A DNA stretch of 64,000 nt from Lepidodermella squamata (taxonomy: Eukaryota; Animalia; Gastrotricha). Of this stretch, positions 53,234-64,000 are shown one piece after another. Location of the stretch: positions 124,001 through 188,000 of the forward strand of contig JBLDXI010000010.1 of assembly GCA_047495785.1 (NCBI GenBank). The letters run 5' to 3'. Within the stretch, counting starts at the first letter, position 1. Each line of letters begins with the position of its first letter. The translations under genes were made by a program, and so were the position numbers. Under the pieces are notes generated by a model that saw nothing but the letters and a program-made list of their open reading frames with translations, was not told the origin of the DNA and did no database searches.

Positions 53234-54932
53234 ATGGAAGACTCTAGTTCTATCGACAGCTCAGACTTTCATCATTTGTTTGAGTCCTGGATTGAACATT
53301 TTAGCCCCGCTGATCCAGCAGAGGAATTGAGCGTTCTTTATCATGTTGTGTGTTTGATGAATGGATTCGTTTCTACCCCAGATCAAGAAGTCGCACCATG
53401 GAGCAGCGGCTCTTCAATTTTGCGTCTCACTTATGCTTTGCAGAATGATGACTCGAATAATATTGTTAAACTGGCATTTATAAAGCAGCGGCCTGACTGT
53501 TTATTAATTCACTGCTTCGTCGATGTCGATGGATCAACTAGGAAAGAATTCTCGTTGGAAATGTCGATGCCACCTCGTGACCAAGCCACTGATACCACTA
53601 GTGAATCTGAGAAACATCGAGTGATGTTGAAATATGCTGAAATCAATGAGAAATTCGCTGGCCCGCTTTTGACCGTCATTTCGCGTCGTATCAAAGGCGA
53701 CCAACTTTGGAACCTTAACTCATTGCCGCCGGAATTGAAAACCCGAATTTTATCGCTCCTTGACGCTCAAAGCTTGGCAAGGCTAATGGCCAGCTGCCGT
53801 TTGTTTTACGCTTTGGGACGTCTGGATCGATTTTGGAAGCCGCTGTTCATCAAACGTTTCGGCAGTGATCCTCGGTGAGTTACTTAGTTTTTTAGTTGAT
53901 GATAAGGTTTAAGCGTTAAGTTTCGCACATTGAATAAAATTTTCGTTTTCCTAAATTCTTAGTGACGTCGTTCGTCGTTTGATAGCAGAGATGAGCGAGA
54001 GGGATATCAAACGTCTAGAGAAAATAGTTTACGATGAGCTTATCGCGACGGAAAGCCCTGAGGCTCAGAAACCGCCGTCGGATAGCCAACAACCGGAACG
54101 TCCGCGTACTCGGAGTTTCGAATTTAATCAAACTGCCTCATCAGTTCTCGGCACGGTGGTTCACCGCGCCTATTCCTACCTCGCTAACCAGCAAAAAAAC
54201 GGGCAATCTGTTACGCCAGTCGCCGTTCAATACTGTGCTACGTTCTTACCTCATCAATTTATGCCGGGCATTACTCCAGCGTATTGCGCACCGCCGTTTT
54301 ATTTTTCTAACTTTCATCCAACGTTGTACCGTCAAAATTTGCTACACGAAGTTGGATTCTACGGTCCTCAGAGCTTCTTCCATGTCTATCCCTCGTTTTA
54401 TTAACAAATCACTAGTAGCTATTCGGTTCAGTTTACTTTTTGGCTGGGTTACTAATGTCTAGTTACAATGTTGATTTTTTCACTCACAGACCAATAGTTT
54501 TATCAATTATTATTTTCTGATTCCGGTTCATTGTTGAGCTTATCATCTTATTATAGTCAATAATGCTGCGAAATTTTTGTTGTAAAAACTTGATTCGATT
54601 TCAGATATTTTTCTCGCCTGTCGAGTTCGGAAGATAGGTGCAACGATTTTTACCAATTGTTCTGTGAGTGCGCATCAGCTGATGCCGCAGCTCTGAAGCG
54701 AATGCGCCAATCTATACCTCGATTTCCTGGGGTGCGGCCATACCCGCCCTGGTCCCCGTTTGCGCCATTTCCGAACCGACCAAACCCGTTTCGACCGCAT
54801 CATTTCATCCCGCCGAGCATTTTCCCGCCATCTAATATCGACCCGGATCGGATGCCTGACCTGGCTCGTCCACACAACCTGTTGCCAAAAATAAATTTCT
54901 ATAATTTTGGCGGCGGAGGCGGTCTCATTTAG
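53234..54932 (+). CDS. FBXO7: FBXO7/nutcracker-like F-box protein; exon 53234-53874 plus last exon 54605-54932 (alternative last exon 53963-54404)
   Basis: FP-like domain (LSVLYHVVCLMNGF...LRLTY), F-box (LNSLPPELKTRILSLLDAQSLARLMASCR...W) and a Pro-rich C-terminus (…DPDRMP). Confidence 0.75.
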
Positions 54933-55036
54933 AAATATATCCTATAAAATTATAATCCCTGTGAAATAAATAAAGAATTCACTACAATAAAAAATCGTGC
55001 TTTTTAACGCGTTTGTTTTTGTATAGTCGAGTTACT

Positions 55037-57794
55037 ATGATTTTCGAGGGAAAACTTCAAAGCTTGCTGGAAGAATTGGCTAGAAATGACTCGGCGAGTG
55101 GAATGGCTTCTATTCTACAAGGAATTACCGAAGCTTGCTCAAAAGATACATTCGAAGCTGTTGAAAATCTGATTAATCAGCTGGGTAGTGAAAACGAATG
55201 CGAAGCAATCTCGAAAATGGCGTTGATTTATTCGGTTGAAGCTTTGTTGAATAACTGTGAATTGACTGGGAAAGATGCTCGATCTTGGCTAACTTTGCCA
55301 GGAAAATTTTCCAAGCTTATTTTCTCGCTACAACCCAAGGAGCGGGTTCATATCATGCTGAAAATTTTACCTCAGCTCGTGTCGAAAATTGAAAACCAGC
55401 CATTACCGATTCGCGCTTCAATTTACATGGAAAAGGCGTTATCAAGCCGCCGAGAAGAAAATTTCGAAACAATCGGCAGCGAGTTGATTTGCATTATTTT
55501 AAATAACCCTGCTGTTTTCACATTGGACGCGGATTTCGTGAAATCGCCTGATGTTTGGCGGGTCATTAAGGAGGGCTTGAGTATGCCTGGAATGATTTGC
55601 CTCCGCGTCTTGAACTCGTTGACTCATTTAATTGCGTTTTGCGTTGAATCGAAAGGAGAGATCGATTGCCGGGTTTCGGTTAATGGCGAAATTGTATTTT
55701 CTTGGTCTAAACTGGAACATGCGAAGGCTTCGCAGTTTTGGCAAACATATCTCGCTCTGTTCACGAGCTTTGAAACCAGCCAATCTGCTCATGTTATCGA
55801 TCCTTTCCTAGCGAAAGCTGCCACTTTGTTCTCGTCTTGGTCATCGCTGAGCATTTCTGAATATTGGATGGAGCTGTTTTGCCAGCGAGCGTGTAATCTC
55901 GGAAATTTCAGTGTTTCAAAGCGATTTATGCACGAGTTGCTAAACTTGGACTACATAGAGACGAACCCAAGAGCTCTCAAAGTAATAAATCCATCTATTT
56001 TTTTCAACAGCCTAATACCTATATTTTATTAGTTTTTGCCGAAAATTCTGGCGGCCGCTTTTACTGAGCACAGGTTTTTCGCGATTGCTCACTCTGCAAC
56101 TTCGGCCCGTTTTCTTTCCAATGGCCAGTCGTATTCCGAGCACCTATATCCAATATTCACAGATCTTTGCCAGTTATTCAAGCGAATTCTCTACGGAAAG
56201 CTTGATATCCAAGTCAAACGTAAGATTTAATAGGAAAAATCGGCATTTCCCTTATTTAATGTGATTAAAGGCGAGTTTTTGGTCAGTTGGTTCGGCACTG
56301 CTAGTCAATGCGTATATTCATCGCCAAGCTTATCGTTCATGCTATTCGCTTGTTCTCAGCCGATTGGGACCGATCAACCGGACTTCGAAAACCTTCGAAT
56401 TTTCGACGCTAAATTTTTGAATGATTTCAGGTTTTCATTATTTTGCATTAGTTCAATATTATGCAAAATTCAAATTTTTAGGGAGGTGGCAAATTCTCAT
56501 ATGACTGCATCCGAGACCGAATTCAAGTTTTTATTTGGCGTTTCCGTAATTCGAATGCTTGTTAATTTTGTTGATTGCGTAAGCTATTATTCATTGGGCC
56601 CGAAATTTTGATTTTATCCTCGAATTTTCAGAAATCTGTTCAGCTATTTGATCTGATGCGATTTGTTACCAGCTTGGCTGGAACTTTGGACGAAAACATT
56701 CAACAATTCCTGTTAGAAATGCTGTTCACGGGACTTTTGATCAATCGAAAAGAGGGATTTTCATTCGTAACGGAATTCGATAATTTTATGCGAAAATTGC
56801 TAGAACAGCCTCATTTCGACAAAGAGCAATCTCATTCGCTGACGACATATGGCGTCGCGTTGATCCGCTTATCAAGCAGAACTCCTGAAACCGAGAAAAT
56901 GGTGGGAAATCTGTCGGCATTTATTGACTCAATTCTCGGAAAAGTGTCCACAAATCCTTACATTCCCGTTCATCGGGTTTTACTAAGCTTGGACATTGTC
57001 TCAAGTGCGGTTCTAAATTCGGGAAATCCGTTCTCAAAATGGGCTAAGCAGTGTTTGGCAACGAGATGTGAAGATATTTCAATATTTTTCACGACCCAAC
57101 TTGCTCAATTAACACCGGAGAACAAGCCTGGATTCGAGTATATTTGGCACAAATGGGTCGATGCAATTTCTGTCTTGGATGGTGGATTACAGTATGATTC
57201 GATTTTCCGAATGGCGACCGCACTATTCGAACAATTTCTCTCATCACCGGATTCAACAATCGGGTCTTTGATAATTAAGCTGTTTTCGAAGATTCATTCG
57301 CATTTGATTGCGAATTTCGGGGAATCTTTCATCATGCAATTGAAAAAAGCTTTACCGATAGTTCAAGCTAAAAATTCAATGCTGGATCTGTTCCGGCTTA
57401 AAACCATGCTGCCGATATGTGATTCGACTGCTTTATCATCTGATTTCGAGTTATTAATCGAAAAAGCTGAAGTGATAGGCACAAATGCCGAAGCAATGTC
57501 CACCGTGTTCATTTATTGCCGTAAAATTATGGTAATTAAATATTTTGTAAAAATTGATCTAGAAATTAAATAATTTTTGCACTTTGATTTTTTTTACATC
57601 AGGACTCGGATAGGTTGTCAGGCGATTCGACTGTTGAGTTGTTCCGCCGAACTGTCGATGTGCTGTTCGGGCAAGTTCACGAGATCGTGGCATCGGCCGA
57701 TCCTAACTGGCGCGTTGTTTTACGCGGCTTCATCTCAACTTTCCTGCAATGCCGCGCGATTGAAAATTTCGGCCTATTTCCAGTCATTGAAAAG
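55037..57794 (+). CDS. TARBP1: TARBP1/Trm3-like tRNA 2'-O-methyltransferase, N-terminal helical part; at least 6 exons; probably continues beyond the window
   Basis: FWQTYLALFTSFETSQSAHVIDPFLAK...YWMELFCQRA resembles the TARBP1 N-terminal region from memory. Spliced ORFs end at the donor GAAAAG|gtgagc. No SpoU domain in the window. Confidence 0.6.
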
Positions 57795-57803
57795 GTGAGC
57801 ATT

Positions 57804-60498
57804 TTAAATGTCGTCTATATCAAGCATACTCCCCACGCCTGTTTCGTCCGTACTCACCCTTACTACGATATTAGGAAAACTTCGCGATAACCGCATGCCT
57901 AATGATGGTTGAAGTTCGTTGTGGTAATTTGGGGGTACGTCCGTTAGACGCCAAAATTCAGACATATCCTCTTGATTGTGCGCTCCATCTGTTACCATTT
58001 GATCGGTATTTTCCGACTGGCGATGGCCGCTCCGGGAATGGCCATTTCCTTTTGCCGCGTTTGAATTGGCGCTGTAGCGCTTCGACGAGCGATGGTCAAA
58101 CGACAAACTTCGCCTTCTTTTGATTTTTTCGCCACTGAAAACGTTCTCTTTATGCATGGTTTTAACAACAGGTTTCCTATGGCCGAATTTTGATTTTAAA
58201 ACTAGCCGAAATCGCTTGTTTAACAGGCAGTAGATGACGAAATTTCCGGAATATTCGAGTATAATCAAGACATAAGCAGTTAGGACTAGGTAGCGGTACG
58301 GCTCTTTATCGAACAGATCCGGCTCTTTCCATATGACAATTGCGCTTATTCTGCTGAAAAGTGTCGATGGAATTTCACCGGATAACGCGAGTAGAGTCGC
58401 GGCGATGAGGGTTATAGTAAGCGAGACGTTAGTCCGGGTAAAGGCACGCGTTGTCATGCACGTTTTCGGTTTTGGTTTACATCTAGAGAAAGACTGGCGT
58501 ATTTCTCGGCGTGATGTTGATCGATGCACGAGGACGATTAACAGGAAGTTGAATGTTGCTAAAACGAGAATGGATCCGATGTTTAGGAATAGTAGCCGTA
58601 GATAAGAGTATATGCTGAACCAGCCGTTAGGTTCCGACGCCCATAGCCGCTGTTTTCGACAGCCTTCACCGTCGACGTACCATGCCACCATTCGTGGGGC
58701 GTTGAGTAAAGCGGCTAGACCGCAAACGAGGGCACCGAATAATCGAGCCCTGCATCGTGGTCCTTCGAGTTGTATCGATATAGGTATCGCATGGCTTGTT
58801 ATTGCGGTTGGGTTTTGAATGAAAACGTATCTGAAAGGAAAATAGCGAATTAGATAATTCTATAGGTAATATTTTCTTTTATCGATAATCACATTTTTGT
58901 CCCAAACGGCTTGTTTACAAGGGAATTGAGCTAAATTCTGTAAAATTCCGCGCAATAGAGTGTTCATAAGGCTTCACTTATCAATTTTCGAGTGCTGGAT
59001 GGAATTCACGAGATTTTTTCTCGATTCGAGACCTTTTTGGCCAGTTAAGCAGGTTGTGTAAAATTTGAAGTGCTGAATTCTATTAAGAGGGAATAAATTG
59101 GAACTATACTCAAAGGGTTGTCAAGTTTGCGCCCTAAATGTAGGGTTCCCGTACTAAGTTGGGGCCCGGGCATTAGATTTTCCCAACATGTGGTTATTAG
59201 AGTTTCAAGTCTTTTAGAAACTCTGAATTCAATTATTATCATTTTTGCGCAATACATCCAACTATTTCACAAATTTTCTGCTATGAGGGTCAGATTACGA
59301 TTGAAACTCATCCTGCGGAGCCGATATCGATTCCTGGTATCGATTTTCCTAATCAGTGATTTTTCCGGTAACTTGGAAGTCAATATTTAATTTTCCCTAA
59401 CTAGCTAATGGTACGAGGTATGACGTAGCTAAAATAAAAAATCCTGGGACATCAATACAGATAGAAAAATGAAAAGCCGAAATTTCAAAGAATCGAAAAA
59501 TGTAGTGCCTGGATGCTTAATTTTAGTGATGGAACCTCGTTTTTATTTAGACCTTACACCCAATTAAGAGAAAGAGCTCAATCGTTCAATGAGCTCAATG
59601 GATTCAAAGGGGTTTTAATTCCATAGGAAAACGCGAATAGAATAATCCTATTAATATAGGCACTTCCGGTATTCTTCAAAGTTCGATTATTCCAGTTCGA
59701 TTATTCCAGTAAAAAAACATGACATTGAAGCTCAAGTAGATTGAAAGCCTATCATGAATATTTAAGATAGGAGCGCGGTAAAAACCAGGAGTCCAATACA
59801 TTTCGAAGTAGCGTCATAAACAGTAGCTAAAGAAATGGGCAAGCCCTCTAATGCATTCATTTGGCAAAAAGGGTTCAGCATGATTCACATATTTTTGGCA
59901 CTGAAGCTCGTTTTCCACCTTCTTTCATTACACAGTGGAGCCTTCTTTCATTACACTTGATCGCAAATCAATTTCCAAGATAGGTACCTCACAGTGCATA
60001 AAACTGATTAAAATTTAGCTTGCCAAGATTTTGAAAATCACTAAGATTTTGCCATAATGAATCATAAAAATCGTTATAACAAAGTAGAAACAAAGTAGAG
60101 ACAAAGTAGAAAGTTATAACAAAGTAGAAGCCTGACCTGTCTATTGTCACGGCAACTGTCAGCAGAAGTGATGAGCATGTACTGATACTGCCAAGCGGGA
60201 GGTAAATGTAAGCTGTATAAATGTTCGACCATAACTGATTTTTAAAATGAATCCGCGATATCAGCTCCAACGAGTAGAAAAGTAGACTGAGCAAATCTGC
60301 GATCGCTAGATAGACCAGGTAAATGTAGGTGGGCGCAACCAGGCGCCGATCGGCTAACACGACAACATTCAAAATGTTGATCAGTACGCCTAGTATGCAA
60401 AGGGTGGGTAAGGCGTAGCCGTACAGCGCATGTTCGACCGGGTGTAGTGATGTTTGATTCGTTGCATTCAGTGCACTGGGACACACCACAGATGTCAT
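57804..60498 (-). CDS. Class A neuropeptide GPCR (FMRFamide/sex-peptide receptor-like), copy 1; exons 60498-60137 and 58830-57804
   Basis: TM1 GVLINILNVVVL, TM2 YLVYLAIAD, TM3 TVAVTIDR|Y, TM6 GEIP, TM7 NFVIYCLLNKRFR. Confidence 0.9.
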
Positions 60499-61910
60499 GA
60501 GTGCCCCGGTACCCGTTAACTCTCTCGTTTTTCTTTTAATTAAATTAAAAACTATATAGGAAAAATATACAAATATTTCGAGGGGTAGTAAAGCAAGCGA
60601 GTAAATTGGTTAGCACCCAGACTATCCATTTATTTATACAAGCCTAAAAGCAGTTGTGGTTTGGCGAGAGGCGGGGTGGTATACATTCTACAGTAGGAAA
60701 GTGATCGCGCATAACGATGTGCAAATATTTTATTCTGTAATCATAAGAAGGAGCCGGCTAAGCTGTAAAATGTGATTAGTTGTCATGAGCGGCAAAAAAA
60801 ATAGATATATAATATTAGAACTTAGGGGGCCTGCTTCTTAGAAAGCGCGCATATCGATCACTTATCCGTCTCAAGATCCACGGGTGTTAATGATGATACA
60901 ATGGCCTTTTTGGCGACTTGATTCGACAGAACTGTGGGCGAAAAAAAATCCGAAAGGAGAATGCTATGGCGCAGTGGTGTAACAGATCTCGTTCTTCTAA
61001 AGCTGATAATGCAATTTCAAGATTTTTTTTGGCTCACGCCTTATCACCGGAAAAATGGCGGTGATGATGATAGGATATCGACGTCAATTTATATTATTAT
61101 TATTATAAGGAGTTTAGCACACATGTTCGGGCGCGCGCGCGATGGGGTGCCAGTTTTTCGTCCCCTGTGGCTTTGCGAAAAATATGGTATATATAATATG
61201 CGGTTGGCCGGTTTTGACATGGTATGATGAAAAAGCAAGCGCGCTATTGTGTTTTCTTATGGCTTTCATCATTATTTCCGATAATACCTGCGTGTTTTTG
61301 CGCGCGCGATTATCTTCAAGGCAGCTTATCAAATAAATCAATGAATCGCTAATTGTACAAAGACATGTTTTTTCATCGAATAACATATGGCCAGCTTTCA
61401 AGTTCTCCTCCTGTATAATAATGACCTAGATGGTCGATGTCGCAAAGTCAGTTTTATCAATTATTAAAGCTGAATTTGAGTTGTTGAAGTGCGAAACCCT
61501 CGAGTATATAAGGTCTTGAAATACGCGGCTAAAAATGCGTCAAGTAGCAAGAAATCCACGCGATTTCTAGTTCCAGTTAAGAAGTCATCACGGATCGATA
61601 TCGACTACTGCTGCTTACTGATATAACATTTGATTAAGAAAACCTTTCATTTTTTCACGTCAAATTACCGTTAGTACACATTTGTCCCGTTGAAAACACA
61701 GCATATTTTTAAGGGAAAAACATATTATTGTAAATTGATTTCCCGTGATAATTAGGAAAAAATGTGCGCGTATACTCTCAGAGTTTTGTCTTTATTCACG
61801 CAGAAAATTCAGAAAAATATTAGTGATGAAAGTATAACAACAGCTAATTATTAAAGTAATTATTATGTATTTTTCATTTTTTCTCACAAAATCTCGTGAG
61901 TTGATTAAAA

Positions 61911-64000
61911 TCACACAACATCGCTTTTAGAATCGGCTTCAACGCTTATAATAATACCGACATCTTGCGAAATTTTGCTACTCCTCTCATCGTTTTCTTC
62001 AATAGTCGGCATTGCGTTTGATTGAGTCGGGCTCGTTTCAGGGTGTCCATTGCTGTCATTATTGCTCATATTTGAATAAGGTGGAGGCGACGACGGGGCC
62101 ATTATCATCGAGTTGCAACTCAACTGAGGCCCTAAATTGGGCAATCCTGAGCTGCTTCGAGTTTGAAGTAACGGAGCACTTGCTATTGACGCGCGTGCTC
62201 TACTCGATCGTTCGTGTTCGGTCATGAATTTCGGGGCATTTGGCGATTTTTCCGCCCAGCCAGGGCATAATTTAAGGCATAGAAGGGCGCGAAATTTTTT
62301 GTTCAGCAGGAAATACGTGATGAAATTGCCGCTGTATTCAAGCAGTAACAGCGTGTAAGCCAGTAGGAATAAGCTGCGAAATGGCTGCTTATCGAGAACA
62401 GCCGGGTTGCCCCATAGTACAGCTGCACTGGTTCGATTGAATAAGGTGGATGGAATTTCACCGGCTAGGGCTAGAATCGTAGCTGCAATTAGGGTCAAAG
62501 TCAGCGATCGCTGTTGGCTACTTTGAGCGCCTCGACTCGCCGCCGATGCGACAGAATCTCGGTGGCTTCTCATCGACGACCGGTGCACTAGAATTATTAG
62601 CAGTAAATTGAACACTGCTAATAAAATGATTGAGCCTGTAAAAAAATTCAAAGGTGTCAAGTTTCTGCCTGGAAATTTAGGCTTAAATTTCGCGCATACC
62701 AACGTTTAAAATCGCGAGTCGCACGTACGAGTAGATGCTGAACCAGCCTTTTGAAGCTTTAGCGTAGTCGCGATACATTCGGCAACCGGTGTTCATATCG
62801 ACGGAGATAGCGAACATGCGCGGGATGTTGATTATCCCGCTTGTGACGATTAGCCCTAGGTTAAGTAGGCGGACTATGTTTCTTTCGCGTTGAGACTGTG
62901 CGCCTGTTTGAACTTTTGGGTCTCGCACGTAGGCGAATCTGTGAAACGAGAAACAAGGATTTGTTGAGGAATGTTCATTTCAGAGTTGAAAAATTAGAAA
63001 TAACCCTTTTTCCATTTTGTTCTTCTCCCATACTTTTTCACTGGTGGAAGAAATTGAAATGAAAATCGAAATTATGGGGAATGGCGTGATGTTGATGTTG
63101 ATGTGAGTGCGATTGTAAAATTTATTTTGAAAAATGGGAAGGAAGGGAAAAAACGTGTAGAGAATTTTTCCAACAATTTTGTTTCCTTTTTCGACGCAAA
63201 ACATCTTCGAGCGATGCGCAACACGTGTTTCAGCGACAAAGAAATACGAGCGAAACTTGTTTCTGAGCTTCGTTCCGGCGGAAACAGTTTTCTAACGGAA
63301 ATATATTTCGTGGAAAAAGCTGTTCGGAGGTTATAGAAAAGCTATTCTGGGGTTTGCGGTTCGGCTTGAGTGAGAAAATATTTTTTCTTGAGATTTTTAA
63401 AAAATATGTCAAAGTTTAAGTAATAAATATTCAAGTTCTGTTTTTGGTTGAAAATTTTGAATTTGAAGTTTAAAGGATAAAAGTTCCTCCTTTAGAATTG
63501 AAAAAATTCGAAATTTTCACAGATTTCCTGCGAATTTTAGAAACAACATTTCTCTCCGATTATTCTCATTTTCCTGAATATTTCCTTATTATTAATAAAA
63601 TTGGCATATTTACCTGTCAATCGTGAAAGCAACTGTGAGCATAAGTGAGGAAGTAGTGGTTACACTGCCAATGGGTAAATAAACGAAAGCCGTGAAAAGC
63701 TCGTGCCAAAACTGCCCGGCGAAGTGAATTTTCGCTACGAGATCGACAAAGTACAAAATCAGCGTGATGAGATCGGTGAAAGCCAAAAATGCTAGGTACG
63801 TGTAGGTGCGTGCCGACAACCTCCTGTCAGTCAGAACTATTATGTTTATAATATTCGCCACCACGCCGAATAGGCTGAGCCCGGGCAGGCCGTAGCCATA
63901 AAACGCGCGTTCGAGTGGCGCGTAGGCCTTGACTGATTTATTGCAAAAAAGATGGCGAGAATTCGAGAGCAGCACCGAGACAACGGTATAGTTCGGGTCG
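61911..64000 (-). CDS. Class A neuropeptide GPCR copy 2, 5' end beyond the window; exons >64000-63614, 62938-62700, 62635-61911
   Basis: Paralogue of copy 1 (GWFSIYSY, GEIPSTLF, LEYSGNF..Y.LLNK.FR), with DRF at TM3. Confidence 0.9.

Noticed and set aside
53213-53236. NAA38-FBXO7 readthrough fusion protein
   Set aside because: FBXO7 is in the +1 frame relative to NAA38, so stop readthrough alone cannot fuse them
59681-60130. Short direct repeats in the GPCR1 intron (gttcgattattcca x2, ccttctttcattacac x2, aaagtaga x4)
   Set aside because: Ordinary slippage duplications; not a repeat-spacer array, and the DNA is eukaryotic with no cas genes
63103-63336. ORF as a possible next TARBP1 exon inside the GPCR2 intron
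   Set aside because: No suitable phase-0 acceptor after the upstream in-frame stop, and no convincing similarity

Overview
Eukaryotic genomic DNA from an invertebrate animal: AT-rich, compact, with many 45-90 nt GT-AG introns. An axonemal dynein intermediate chain implies motile cilia or flagella, so a nematode is unlikely. I rebuilt exon structures by hand, checking splice sites and phases. In order, the window holds: a cathepsin L; an unknown basic protein; a 6-exon Girdin/Daple (CCDC88) gene ending VWYEFGCV; EF1-gamma; two orphan single-pass membrane proteins; three paralogues of an orphan multi-pass membrane protein (one frameshifted); a RING-less PDZRN3/4/Slip1-like gene; a LINE tail and MITEs; DNAI4/WDR78; ARV1; a tightly packed co-oriented NAA38, FBXO7-like and TARBP1-like trio; and two FMRFamide/sex-peptide-receptor-like GPCRs lying antisense, apparently inside a TARBP1 intron. 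The best candidate for an undescribed system is the operon-like trio. NAA38's stop and FBXO7's start are 1 nt apart, and acceptor-like sites sit just before each ATG, suggesting SL trans-splicing or reinitiation. Other highlights are two in-frame alternative last exons in FBXO7, the orphan membrane family with conserved twin GATA sites, a perfect 30-bp template-switch hairpin, DNAI4 microexons and a possible short Daple isoform. All homology calls are from remembered motifs, not database searches.
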